Assembly: GCA_947571135.1 (NCBI GenBank)
Contig: CANOWY010000005.1
Span: 479 to 64,478 of the forward strand
Length of the DNA: 64,000 bases
Origin: an uncultured Mycoplasmatota bacterium
GTDB taxonomy: Bacteria > Bacillota_I > Bacilli_A > RF39 > UBA660
Reading direction: 5' to 3'
In this document: positions 41,500-53,337 of the stretch, in pieces
How positions within the stretch are numbered: the first letter of the stretch is position 1
Layout of the letters: each line of letters opens with the position of its first letter
Program-made: the position numbers and the translations under genes
Notes under the pieces: generated by a model
Told to the model about the DNA's origin: nothing
The model's database searches: none
Seen by the model: the letters and a program-made list of their open reading frames with translations, nothing else

Positions 41500-42059
41500 T
41501 GAATTTAAGAGAACAAATAGTAAATTATGTACCTTTTGATGAAGAGGAAGTAAAAATCAAAGAGTATTTATTAAAATGGATTGATAGATTTGATGATGTT
41601 TTGACTCGAGAAAATGAATTTGGACATTTTGCTTCTTCTGCTTTTGTAGTAAATAAAGATAGAACTAAAATGCTTGTTGTATATCATAATATTTATGACG
41701 CTTGGATTTTTCCGGGTGGCCACGCAGATGGTGAAGAAAATCTTTTATCGGTTGCAGTTCGCGAAGTAGAAGAAGAAACTGGTCAAAAAACCAAAGTTTT
41801 AGACGATTCTATTTTTGCCATTTCTGCTTCTCCAATTGTTGGGCATGTGAAAAGAGGAAAGTATATACCAGCCCATACGCATTTAGATGTTGTATATTTG
41901 TTAGAGGCTGATGATGAAATGCCTTTAGTTTATAGAGAAGATGAAAGTAAAGGCGTAAAGTGGATTACTTTTGAAGAAGCAATAGGAAATGATATTGTGT
42001 ACTTTATAAGACCTGTTCATAAAAGGTTGATAAAAAAAATTGGGTATGATAATAAATAA
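41499..42059 (+). CDS. Nudix hydrolase
   Basis: Nudix box GGHADGEENLLSVAVREVEEETGQ; GTG start with strong RBS GAGGAGG. Confidence 0.8.
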   Translation: MNLREQIVNYVPFDEEEVKIKEYLLKWIDRFDDVLTRENEFGHFASSAFVVNKDRTKMLVVYHNIYDAWIFPGGHADGEENLLSVAVREVEEETGQKTKVLDDSIFAISASPIVGHVKRGKYIPAHTHLDVVYLLEADDEMPLVYREDESKGVKWITFEEAIGNDIVYFIRPVHKRLIKKIGYDNK

Positions 42060-42165
42060 TGTTGTTAAAATAGGTTAGATGTTTAAATAAGGAAATAATT
42101 TATTATACAGATTTACAAAATGAAAATAATTGATAAAATTATAGAATAGAGAGGGATATGAAAAT

Positions 42166-43248
42166 ATGGAAAGAAAAATTAGAGTAGCCCAAATTGGGTG
42201 TGGTAAGATGTCTAAGTACACAATGCGTTATGCAATTGAGAAAGGAGCAGAAGTCGTTCTTGCCTTTGATGTTTCTAAAGAAGTAATTGGCAGTGATATT
42301 GGTTCTATTATGGAAACTACAAATCGAAATATTAAAGTCGAAGACATTGCTACTTTAGAAGAACGTTTAATGGAAGTAAAACCTGATATTGCAATTGTTA
42401 CGACTATGAGTTTATTAAATGATTTAGGAGATGTTTTGCGTATTGTTGCAAAGTGTCATGTAAATGCTATTACAACTTGTGAAGAAGCATTTTTTGCAAG
42501 TAATTCTAATCCTACTTTATTTAAAGAATTAGATAGTTTAGCAAAAGCAGGAGGAATTACGATTACAGGTTGTGGTTATCAAGATATTTTTTGGGGCAGT
42601 TTAATTAGCAACTTAGCCTCTTCTACTCATAGAATCATAAAAATAAAAGGAAGTAGTTCTTATAATGTAGAGGATTATGGAATCGCTCTTGCTCGTGCGC
42701 ATGGTGCAGGTCTTAATCTAGAAGAGTTTAATCGTGATGTTTCTAGCGCAGATAATATAAGTGAAGCAGAAAGACAAAAGTTAATAGAAACGCGTGAGTT
42801 TGCTCCAAGTTATATGTGGAATGTAGCAGGTTGGCTAATTGATAAGTTAGGGCTTCATTTAACTTCGATAAGTCAAAAATGTGTACCACAAACAAACGAT
42901 GAAGATATTGAATCAAGTACTCTTGATATGACTATTAAGGCAGGAGATGCAACAGGAATGAGTGCTGTTGTTACCGCAACAACAAAAGAAGGAATTACGA
43001 TAGAAGCAGAATGCATTGGTAAGGTTTACAATAGTGAAGAGTTTGATGTCAATGCTTGGACGATTGAGGGAGAACCAAATACAACGATGATTATAAATAA
43101 GCCTTGTACTGTAGAACTTACTTGTGCAGATATTGTAAATCGTATTCCCGATGTAATCAATTCTCGTAGTGGCTTTGTTTCAACAAGTGAAATGCCTGAG
43201 TTACAATATCGCGTTAAACCATTAAACGAGTATATAGAAAAAGAATAG
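42166..43248 (+). CDS. NAD(P)-binding oxidoreductase, DapB-N/2,4-diaminopentanoate dehydrogenase-like
   Basis: Rossmann IRVAQIGCGKMSKYTMRY N-terminus. Confidence 0.5.
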   Translation: MERKIRVAQIGCGKMSKYTMRYAIEKGAEVVLAFDVSKEVIGSDIGSIMETTNRNIKVEDIATLEERLMEVKPDIAIVTTMSLLNDLGDVLRIVAKCHVNAITTCEEAFFASNSNPTLFKELDSLAKAGGITITGCGYQDIFWGSLISNLASSTHRIIKIKGSSSYNVEDYGIALARAHGAGLNLEEFNRDVSSADNISEAERQKLIETREFAPSYMWNVAGWLIDKLGLHLTSISQKCVPQTNDEDIESSTLDMTIKAGDATGMSAVVTATTKEGITIEAECIGKVYNSEEFDVNAWTIEGEPNTTMIINKPCTVELTCADIVNRIPDVINSRSGFVSTSEMPELQYRVKPLNEYIEKE

Positions 43249-43266
43249 CGTTGGCTTGCTATTCTT

Positions 43267-43521
43267 TTATCTTTTGTTAATAACGGCTCTAAAAACGAGT
43301 GTCGCTAAGAAAGCGGCGATTAGAATGCCAAATATTAAAATGATATCGTCACTTAGGAATCTATTTAAAAAAGTATGTGTATCCGAAAATAAATTACCAA
43401 AAAAAGTGGTTACATCTTCTATAAAATTCATTAGTTGTCTTGCAAAAGTCATGATAATATCCAGGGTTATCATTATATCACTCCTAGAATACATTATAAT
43501 ATAGACTTGCAATTTAAGCAA
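43267..43521 (-). CDS. Small C-terminally membrane-anchored protein (hypothetical)
   Basis: 84 aa with C-terminal TM IILIFGILIAAFLATLVF; mutually exclusive with antisense ORF 43256..43504. Confidence 0.3.
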   Translation of the reverse strand: MLKLQVYIIMYSRSDIMITLDIIMTFARQLMNFIEDVTTFFGNLFSDTHTFLNRFLSDDIILIFGILIAAFLATLVFRAVINKR

Positions 43522-43547
43522 ATATTTGTTATTCTATTACTACAAAT

Positions 43548-43624
43548 GGCGGAATTGGTGAAGTGGTTAACACGCCGGATTGTGGCTCCGGTATGCATGG
43601 GTTCGATCCCCATATTTCGCCCCA
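43548..43624 (+). tRNA. tRNA-His (GTG) with G-1 and encoded CCA
   Basis: Extra 5' G pairing with discriminator C, anticodon loop TTGTGGC, T-arm ATGGGTTCGATCCCCAT. Confidence 0.85.
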
Positions 43625-43723
43625 TATTGAATTTTACGCACACCTTTGTGCGAGAGATTAGTAAAAGTTCGTAATACTTGATATTATGGACTTTTTTCTT
43701 TGCAAAGGTGGTGAGTATATATA

Positions 43724-44023
43724 ATGAATGTGTCCATAGAAATTTTAGAATTTCCTTTGTGTATAAAAAATAAGATATTAAGAATTAAAAATATTACCAA
43801 ACTAAATATAGAATATGTTGCAGGAAAGAATATCGTCTTTAATAACTCTAATTTAGGATTAAATGAACCACATAAGATTATCATTAGTAATAATACCCAA
43901 GGTATAGTTCTACTTTGTTATTATAATGATTCAAATCTATATAATGAAGATTTATCAGATACTATTACAATAACTGAACTAACTAAAATTATAAATACAT
44001 TGTTAGAAGAAATATCAAATTAA
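43724..44023 (+). CDS. Hypothetical protein
   Basis: 99-aa ORF only. Confidence 0.25.
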   Translation: MNVSIEILEFPLCIKNKILRIKNITKLNIEYVAGKNIVFNNSNLGLNEPHKIIISNNTQGIVLLCYYNDSNLYNEDLSDTITITELTKIINTLLEEISN

Positions 44024-44053
44024 TGGTATAATTGTCATAAGGAGTGATTATTT

Positions 44054-44398
44054 ATGAGAAATCATGATATGAGATTAAATGAAGAACCTTTTGATATGAT
44101 TGCAAATGATATTAAAGATATTGAATATAGGTTAAATGATGAAAAGCGTAAACAAATACAAATTGGGGATACAATTACTTTTTATAAGCGACCATTAGAG
44201 AAAGAGATAATCAAAGTATTAGTAACTGATTTAAAATATTATAAAACTTTATTGGAAATGTATTCTGCTACTTTTGAAAAAGATTTTAAAGATAGATATG
44301 ATAGTCCACAAGCTGTTGTAGATGATACACCATACTATACAAATGAAGAAGTAGAAAAATATGGATGTGTAGCAATCTACTTTAAAAAAATTAGATAA
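44054..44398 (+). CDS. ASCH/PUA-like domain protein
   Basis: EPFDMIANDIKDIEYRLNDEKRKQIQIGDTITF pattern. Confidence 0.45.
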   Translation: MRNHDMRLNEEPFDMIANDIKDIEYRLNDEKRKQIQIGDTITFYKRPLEKEIIKVLVTDLKYYKTLLEMYSATFEKDFKDRYDSPQAVVDDTPYYTNEEVEKYGCVAIYFKKIR

Positions 44399-44545
44399 TA
44401 GTGCTGTTTTTAAACTATTAAACAAAAAAATTAAAATTTGTTTTTTTCCTTTATTCATAAGGGGTAAATAGTTATTTTTAGATATAATTTTCAAATTGTG
44501 TGTGCGATTAAGATAGAAGTGTGACAAAGGAGAAAAAATCGCACA

Positions 44546-45585
44546 GTGTAGGTTTGTCAAACCCAACCAACAAAATTTTTGGAAAGGATTGATAAACTGT
44601 GAGTAAATCAAAAATTACTCAGCAAATGAGATACCGAGAGTCTCTCATTAAATACGCCGATCAACATGGCGTATCAAAAGCGTCTCGTGTTTATAACACA
44701 AATAGACAATATATCTATCGTTGGAAGAATCGATACGATGGTAATATTCGTTCTCTGGAAAATAAGAGTAAAAGACCGAAAAGTCATCCGAATCAACATA
44801 CCCAAGATGAGATAAAACTCATCAAAGATATGTTTAAGAAAAATAAGGATACAGGTTTAGTTGTTCTTTGGGTGAAATTAAAACAAAAAGGATATACAAG
44901 AAGTTGTTCTTCTCTGTATCATCAATTAAAAAAACTAGAACTTAAATTTAATACCCCAAAGAAAAAGAAGAAACGAAAGTCTAAACCTTATGTACAGATG
45001 ACTTTTCCTGGAGAACGAATACAGATAGATGTGAAAACCGTTCCTACAAGATGTATAGTAGGTCAGTTCAAATTGTACCAATATACAGCAATCGACGAAT
45101 TCAGTCGGGTTCGTTATCTAAAAATTTATGGAGAAAAATCTACTTATACTTCTTACAAATTCTTGCAAGAAGTCATAAAAAGATTTCCTTTTAAAATTTA
45201 TACGATAAGAACAGATAATGGTCCTGAATTCACCAAAAGATTGCTAAGTAAAGATCCAAATGATAAGACAATATTTGAACATGGCCTAGAAAAAGCAGGT
45301 ATCCATCATGACATCATTAAACCTTACACCCCTAAACACAATGGTAAGGTAGAACGAAGTCATAGAAAGGATAATGAACGTTTTTATTTGTCTCATCGCT
45401 TTTATTCCTTAGAAGATGCCAATAAACAGTTGCAAGTTTATTTAAATCAATATAATAATTTTCCCATGCAACCTTTAAATTGGAAATCTCCTAAGGAATG
45501 GCTTCGTGATTATTTTAATAACTTAAAATAATCTTATCGTTGGTTTGTCGTTACCTTTGTAACTTTTGTTTGACAAACCTACATT
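44546..45585 (+). mobile_element. IS481-like insertion sequence with perfect 16-bp terminal inverted repeats TGTAGGTTTGTCAAAC
   Basis: IRL 44546-44561, IRR 45570-45585 (exact reverse complement); single DDE transposase inside. Confidence 0.75.
44599..45531 (+). CDS. DDE transposase (rve integrase-core, IS481-like)
   Basis: N-terminal HTH, TDNGPEF and PYTPKHNGKVERSHR motifs. Confidence 0.85.
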   Translation: MSKSKITQQMRYRESLIKYADQHGVSKASRVYNTNRQYIYRWKNRYDGNIRSLENKSKRPKSHPNQHTQDEIKLIKDMFKKNKDTGLVVLWVKLKQKGYTRSCSSLYHQLKKLELKFNTPKKKKKRKSKPYVQMTFPGERIQIDVKTVPTRCIVGQFKLYQYTAIDEFSRVRYLKIYGEKSTYTSYKFLQEVIKRFPFKIYTIRTDNGPEFTKRLLSKDPNDKTIFEHGLEKAGIHHDIIKPYTPKHNGKVERSHRKDNERFYLSHRFYSLEDANKQLQVYLNQYNNFPMQPLNWKSPKEWLRDYFNNLK

Positions 45586-45743
45586 TTTAGATATAATTTT
45601 CAAATTGTGTCCGTTGCATGTCCTAAAAAAATGTGGTATTATGGTAATATACGAAAATTCTAGATAATCGTATATTTGAATTATTTTGAAGTTCTTAACA
45701 CAAGGGAAATTCTTCCTTGTTTTTTTGTCGTTAAAAATTATAG

Positions 45744-47495
<1,752 letters not shown>

Positions 47496-47530
47496 ATATA
47501 GTATAATTATATTAGATGTAAAACTGATAA

Positions 47531-48094
47531 ATGAAAGGAGAATTTATGGATAATAATTTAAATTTTGAACAAATAGAAGAAAATAAAGATTTAATTGCTG
47601 AAATTACTTATAATTGTATAAAAAGCGTATTTTCTAAAGAAGATCAAAAGAATATTTTAGTCGCTGAAATAGATCCAAAATATATGGATGGTATTAAATT
47701 ATGTGAGCATTACAATATTGATACAAAAACCGGTGCTAATTGTTTAGTGTGTGAATGCAAGAGAGGAGAAAATAAAAGTTATGTCGCCCTTCTTGTACCA
47801 ACTGGATATAAGTATAATATGTCATCTACAGTTAGAAAATATACAAATTCACGAATGGTATCAGTCGCTCCATTAGAATATGTTTTAGAAAAAACTAAAA
47901 TGGAATATGGTAGTATAAATCCTATTGGATTACCTCAAGAATGGAAGATTTTTATTGATCCTAAGGTAATGGAAGTAGATAGAATTATTTGTGGAAGTGG
48001 ATTACAAAAGTCAAAAATTTCATTGCCAAGTAAATATTTATTAAAGTTAAATAATGTAGAAATTTTAGAAAATTTAGCAAAGGAGGTAGATTAA
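47531..48094 (+). CDS. YbaK/ProX-like aminoacyl-tRNA deacylase domain protein
   Basis: GSINPIGLP and overall YbaK-like pattern. Confidence 0.55.
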   Translation: MKGEFMDNNLNFEQIEENKDLIAEITYNCIKSVFSKEDQKNILVAEIDPKYMDGIKLCEHYNIDTKTGANCLVCECKRGENKSYVALLVPTGYKYNMSSTVRKYTNSRMVSVAPLEYVLEKTKMEYGSINPIGLPQEWKIFIDPKVMEVDRIICGSGLQKSKISLPSKYLLKLNNVEILENLAKEVD

Positions 48095-49467
48095 TGAAAA
48101 ACACTTTAGAATATTTTGAAGAAATTATGAAGATTCCAAGAGAATCTGGAAAAGAAGATAAAATAGCTGCTTATTTAGTCAATTACGCCAAAGAAAATAA
48201 TATTGAATATAGTTTGGGAAAGTATAATACAGTGTTTCTAAAGAAGAATAATAATTCTGATAAAACAATTATTTTACAAGCACATTCAGATATGGTTTGT
48301 GTGTCAACAGATGATTATGATTTTGATAACAAAGGAGTACCTTTTTATATTGAAGATGATTATTATAAATCAAAGAATACTTCGCTAGGAGCAGATGATG
48401 GGATTGGAATTGCAATTATTCTTGCAGTTCTACAAGAAAATGAAAATATGCCAAATATTGAAGTAATGATCACTACACAAGAAGAAACAACTATGCTAGG
48501 TGCTAGTAACTTTGATTATTCTTTATTAACTGGTAAAACTTTAATTAGTTTGGATGGTATAAAAGAAGCAGATATTGAGTCTTCAAGTGCAGGTATGTGC
48601 TCTATGACATTAAATAAAAAAATAAATTATGAAACTGAAAATTGTAATGTTTATAAACTATCAATAAGTGGTTTAAAGGGTGGACATTCTGGAGATGATA
48701 TTGATAAAAATAGATGTAATGCAATAAAGTTGGCTATAAAATTATTAAATGAATTAGATTATAAAGAAATAGCGGATATTCAATTTGGTAAACGTGATAA
48801 TGTAATACCAAGTGAAGGTTATGTTATATTTACTTCTAATGAAAATATAGAATTATTACAGAAAAAACTAGATGACATTGAATTAGATTTAAGTGAAGAA
48901 GATTCTAATATAATATTAAATTTAGAAAAAAGTGAATCAACAAAATTTATCAAAGAAAGTAAAGATATAATTCAGTTTGTATCTAAAATAAAAGATGGTT
49001 TATTAGAAACTTATCAAGATGACAATTTCCCTTTATTATCAGCAAATATTGGTAAAATATCTATTTTAAATGATATTCTAGAAATAAAATATAGTATTAG
49101 AAGTTCTGATTTATCAAAAGAGGAAATGTTACTAAATGAAGTAAAATTACTTGCTAATCAATATGCATTTGAGATGATTATTGATGCAAAAAAACCATTT
49201 TTTCCATTTAAAGAAAATTCAATGATAAGAAAAATTTTAGCTGATAATTATAAAAAATTGTATGGAAAAGAAACGATTGTTAAAAAAGTTCATGCTTGTA
49301 TGGAGGGTGGAATTTTATCAAATAATATTGCTGATTTAGATATATGTACAATTGCTCCTTCTATAGATAATTGTCATTCAATCAATGAGCGTGTAAGTAT
49401 ATCTTCTACCAAAAGAGTATACGATTGGTTAAAAGAAACCTTAATTGAATATAATAAAATCAAATAG
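48094..49467 (+). CDS. pepD: M20-family Xaa-His dipeptidase (PepD-like)
   Basis: HSDMV and GADDGIGIA metal-binding motifs, TQEETTMLGA. Confidence 0.75.
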   Translation: MKNTLEYFEEIMKIPRESGKEDKIAAYLVNYAKENNIEYSLGKYNTVFLKKNNNSDKTIILQAHSDMVCVSTDDYDFDNKGVPFYIEDDYYKSKNTSLGADDGIGIAIILAVLQENENMPNIEVMITTQEETTMLGASNFDYSLLTGKTLISLDGIKEADIESSSAGMCSMTLNKKINYETENCNVYKLSISGLKGGHSGDDIDKNRCNAIKLAIKLLNELDYKEIADIQFGKRDNVIPSEGYVIFTSNENIELLQKKLDDIELDLSEEDSNIILNLEKSESTKFIKESKDIIQFVSKIKDGLLETYQDDNFPLLSANIGKISILNDILEIKYSIRSSDLSKEEMLLNEVKLLANQYAFEMIIDAKKPFFPFKENSMIRKILADNYKKLYGKETIVKKVHACMEGGILSNNIADLDICTIAPSIDNCHSINERVSISSTKRVYDWLKETLIEYNKIK

Positions 49468-49856
49468 TTAAAAAATTTAAATATCATAATAATTTGAGCG
49501 AGAAATCGCTCTTTTTTGTTGTCTAAATTTAGAAAGGAGATGAGTTTTATTAATTATTTCTTTGAAATAGTCGTGCCACAATTATTAGAGTATTTTAAAC
49601 AAAATGCAAAGGATGTTCCTTATTCTTTGCTATTTGAAGTATTAATTAATAATAAGAACTATGAAAAAGAAGTAAAAGAAATGATTGAAAAATCTAATGA
49701 AATTAGTAAAAAATATGAAGAAAAAAAGTAAACTGTCGGAGACTATATTAGTAGGTCTTAGGGATATTCCCTAACAAGTAGATGGGTGTGTATACACCAT
49801 GCTTGATATATTGAATTTTTATATTACGTTACCCGTTCCCTACTTTTTGAAAGGAG

Positions 49857-50411
49857 ATGTATATGAATCAAGAATGGATAGATAGAAAAGATGTTCAAAA
49901 GATGTTTTCATTAACAACAAAACAATTTGGAAGAGTTATGAGAAATATAAAACGAAGACACGAACATGATTATCATTTATGGATAAGAAGAGATAAATAT
50001 AAGAAAACACAAATGTATATAAGTAAAGAATGTGTTGATTGGTTAAAAGAAGTTTATTTTAACAAAGAAGACCATTACTTAACTTCTGAAATAAGATTTT
50101 ATAAAAAGAAGATTTTTTATTTAGAAAATGAATTAGGAATAGATCATAAAAGAAAAAAATATCAATCTTTTTCATTAAGATTTTTGCCTTACTTGTTTGG
50201 TAAAAGTATAAGTGCTATTCATGTAGCACTTCATAGGATGAAAAAAGTATTTCCCTATCCTATAACTTTTGAAGATGATGGCGTTATATGTGTAAAGGAA
50301 GAAGGAGTTAGATGGTTGTATGAAAATTATTTTAAGAGAGATTATTTAAAAGAATTAGAAGAATATAAATGGGAATTAGAAATTAGAAAAAATATAATAG
50401 TTAGAAATTAG
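49857..50411 (+). CDS. Hypothetical protein with internal duplication
   Basis: Repeated ISKECVDWLKEVYFNKEDHY / VKEEGVRWLYENYFKRDY modules. Confidence 0.4.
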   Translation: MYMNQEWIDRKDVQKMFSLTTKQFGRVMRNIKRRHEHDYHLWIRRDKYKKTQMYISKECVDWLKEVYFNKEDHYLTSEIRFYKKKIFYLENELGIDHKRKKYQSFSLRFLPYLFGKSISAIHVALHRMKKVFPYPITFEDDGVICVKEEGVRWLYENYFKRDYLKELEEYKWELEIRKNIIVRN

Positions 50412-50477
50412 TAAAATTTTTAATAACTACTTTGATAAATAATCTTTTTGCAGTATAATATTCTTAGGAGGTAAGCT

Positions 50478-50672
50478 ATGGAAATGAAAGAAATAATAAC
50501 ATTTATCTGTACTATATTATCTGCTTTATTTGCGGGAGCGAGTTTTACTTTTTATAAAAAAAATTTAAAGATAAGTGGAGATTATAAAGAAACAAAAAAT
50601 AAATATAAGAATATAAATCAACAATCTGGTAAAGATGGAAAAAATATTATTGGGGATAATAACAAATTTTAG
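50478..50672 (+). CDS. Small single-TM protein
   Basis: N-terminal TM ITFICTILSALFAGASFTFY; RBS AGGAGG. Confidence 0.4.
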   Translation: MEMKEIITFICTILSALFAGASFTFYKKNLKISGDYKETKNKYKNINQQSGKDGKNIIGDNNKF

Positions 50673-50683
50673 GGGGAATTGTA

Positions 50684-51208
50684 GTGGGAGATGCAGTAAA
50701 ACAAATAACTGGTGATGGTGGAATAAATATTGATGGAAATAATAATACTCTTAATTTATATAAGCAACCTATAAAATATGATTTATTATCTAAACTATGT
50801 AAAGATTTAATAGATAGTGATTTAAACTTCAATGAAGATATGAATATAAATGAGTTACCAGTAGAATTGCTAGAAAAAATAGAATATAACCATTTAACTG
50901 CTCATAAAGAATTATATGAGGAATTTGGAATGTATTTTTTAGATATAGATGGAGTAGTAAAAAAATCTTTGGGTGATAATTCTATAAAATTAGTTCGAAT
51001 TATTAAAACTTTATATCTTGAAATTTTGGCTAATGACCCTAATCAAACTGCGGATCAAATATTGTTTAATATTGAAAATAAATTAATGAATTATACAAGT
51101 TTAATTGATTCAACAGAATATTTAAATGAAGATGTTAGATATTCTATAAGTCAAATTGTATTGTATGTTTTTGAAAAATGTCAGATTCTAAAAAAACCAA
51201 AAAAATAA
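50684..51208 (+). CDS. Hypothetical protein (candidate effector/partner of downstream ABC ATPase)
   Basis: GTG start with RBS GGGGGAA. Confidence 0.35.
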   Translation: MGDAVKQITGDGGINIDGNNNTLNLYKQPIKYDLLSKLCKDLIDSDLNFNEDMNINELPVELLEKIEYNHLTAHKELYEEFGMYFLDIDGVVKKSLGDNSIKLVRIIKTLYLEILANDPNQTADQILFNIENKLMNYTSLIDSTEYLNEDVRYSISQIVLYVFEKCQILKKPKK

Positions 51209-51224
51209 AAAGAAAGGTGGAAGT

Positions 51225-51452
51225 GTGATGCAACTAATTAATAAGAATATTAGTCCAGATAAGACAATATATTATATATCAGTTATTATATATAAAGAAT
51301 TAAAGGAAGCCACCTACTCTGTAAAAAAATTATATGAAAATTTGGAAGAAAAAAGCGAAGATATTGATTACAGCAGTTATCTGTATGCTTTAAACTTTTT
51401 ATATTTAATAGAAAAAATTACTTTAGACAAGGATGTGATTAAATTATGTTAA
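51225..51452 (+). CDS. Small helical protein (candidate middle component)
   Basis: RBS AAAGGTGG; 7-nt overlap with downstream ATPase. Confidence 0.4.
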   Translation: MMQLINKNISPDKTIYYISVIIYKELKEATYSVKKLYENLEEKSEDIDYSSYLYALNFLYLIEKITLDKDVIKLC

Positions 51453-53128
51453 TTGAAAGATTAGTTATTAAGGAATCATTTCCAAGTGAAAGTATAATAC
51501 GTGATATAAAATTTAATTTGGATGGTTTAAATTTAATTGTAGATGAAGGAAATAGAAAAAGAGGAAATGGAGTTGGCAAAACAACTTTTTTAAGACTAAT
51601 AGATATTGCCTTTGGCGCTAAAGATCGTAAAGCATTATATGTTGATCCAGAAACATCTTCCATAAATGAGAAGTTAAAAAATTATATTGAAACATCTAAG
51701 GTATTCATAGAGTTATCAATAATTAATCAATCGACAAATATAAAAACATTGTTGATGGTAGAATTATTTCCAAGCGGAATTAGAAAAATTAATAATGAGA
51801 AATATAATTATAATGAATACAAAGAAAAATTAAATGAAATTGTTTTTGGAAATGCAGATAAGGTTCCAACCTTTCGTAATCTCATTGGTAAATTTATCAG
51901 AGTAAATATGAATGGCGATAATAATAGTTTCTTATATTTTAATAGCGATCATTGCTCAAATGCAGAATATCAAAATATCTATAACTATCTTTTTAAATTT
52001 AAAAATTCAGAGATTGAAAACATTATTTTATCTTTGAGAGAAAAAATTTCTGATTTAGAAAAACAATATAAAATGGTAAAAACAAGTTTAAAATATGATA
52101 GTATAGGTCAAATTGATGCAAAAATAAACATTATTGAAACTAAAGTGAAGGAATTAGAAAATAAACAAAAAACGTATATTGATGAGAAAATTGTTTTAGA
52201 TGAAAAAAAGATAATGGAGAATAGAAAAGAATATTCCTTATTAAATCGTGAATGTGAAAAATTATTATTTGATATTAAAATATTAGAAGATAATATAAAA
52301 AAAGAATCATCTACTCGACAAAATATTGATGAAAAAGCTTTAAAGAATTTCTATGATGATGTTCAATTAAATATTTCTGCTTTAAGCAAAACATTTGCAG
52401 AATTAGTTGCTTTTAATAATCAATTGAACCAAAATCAGATAGATACTTATAATAAAATGCTAAAGGCTAAAAAACAAAAGTTAGATGAAATTAATATAAA
52501 AAAAGACAGATTTTATAATGATAACAAAGGTTATATGTTTTTGGTTGAAAATGGTAGTTTAGAGGAATATCTTAATTTACAAGAAAATTTAAGCAATTAT
52601 CAAACCGGATTAGGTGAATGCTATAATGCTAGAGATATATATGATGATTATGATCGAAAAATTTCTAATGCTCAGATAGAACTAAATGAGCAAGTAGAAA
52701 AAAATAAAATTAATCAAGTTGATGAAAATTTAAATAAATTTAATACAATATTTACAAACTTTTCAAAGAAAACTGTAGATGCAGAATATTTCTTGTATTA
52801 TAATGAATCTGGATTTCCTTTATCAATTTCAAATGTAGATGGAAGCTTTAGTACAGGAACAAGAAAGACTGCTATTATAGCGTTTGATTTAGCGTATTTA
52901 AAATATTCAAGAGATTTAAAAATTAAGTGCCCTAAATTTGTTATTCATGATGTTTTAGAAAACATCCATCAAAATGATTTTTATCAAACTATTGATCTTA
53001 TTAAAAATCAAAAATTTCAATATATTGCTGCTATTTTAAAACAAAGTATTGATATGCACGATAATATCGATAAAGATAAAGATATTATTTTAACTCTTTC
53101 AGAAGATGAAAAACTTTTTCTAATTTAA
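51446..53128 (+). CDS. SMC/Rad50-like ABC ATPase with central coiled coil (DUF2326/Lamassu LmuB/ABC-3C-like)
   Basis: N-terminal Walker A GNGVGKTTFLRLIDIAFG, long coiled coil, C-terminal Walker B/D-loop AIIAFDLAYL and H-loop FVIHDVLENIH. Confidence 0.65.
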   Translation: MLIERLVIKESFPSESIIRDIKFNLDGLNLIVDEGNRKRGNGVGKTTFLRLIDIAFGAKDRKALYVDPETSSINEKLKNYIETSKVFIELSIINQSTNIKTLLMVELFPSGIRKINNEKYNYNEYKEKLNEIVFGNADKVPTFRNLIGKFIRVNMNGDNNSFLYFNSDHCSNAEYQNIYNYLFKFKNSEIENIILSLREKISDLEKQYKMVKTSLKYDSIGQIDAKINIIETKVKELENKQKTYIDEKIVLDEKKIMENRKEYSLLNRECEKLLFDIKILEDNIKKESSTRQNIDEKALKNFYDDVQLNISALSKTFAELVAFNNQLNQNQIDTYNKMLKAKKQKLDEINIKKDRFYNDNKGYMFLVENGSLEEYLNLQENLSNYQTGLGECYNARDIYDDYDRKISNAQIELNEQVEKNKINQVDENLNKFNTIFTNFSKKTVDAEYFLYYNESGFPLSISNVDGSFSTGTRKTAIIAFDLAYLKYSRDLKIKCPKFVIHDVLENIHQNDFYQTIDLIKNQKFQYIAAILKQSIDMHDNIDKDKDIILTLSEDEKLFLI

Positions 53129-53337
53129 TATATATGAATTCTATTTTAATTGATAAAATTTACTTCTTGCACAAATGGATATATAAGTGCTATAATTAAT
53201 TCATCAAGTATTAATTAAATACTTTTACTACTTGGGTGCAAAACTCGTTTACTTATTGCCCCATAATTTTGATTAAAACATAAAAAATGTGTTTTAATAT
53301 ATAAGTTTATAAAGTTTTTTATATGTGTGTGGAAACC

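Noticed and set aside
43256-43504. 82-aa plus-strand ORF after the oxidoreductase
   Set aside because: Mutually exclusive with minus-strand ORF 43267-43521, which has a plausible C-terminal TM helix; neither is strongly supported
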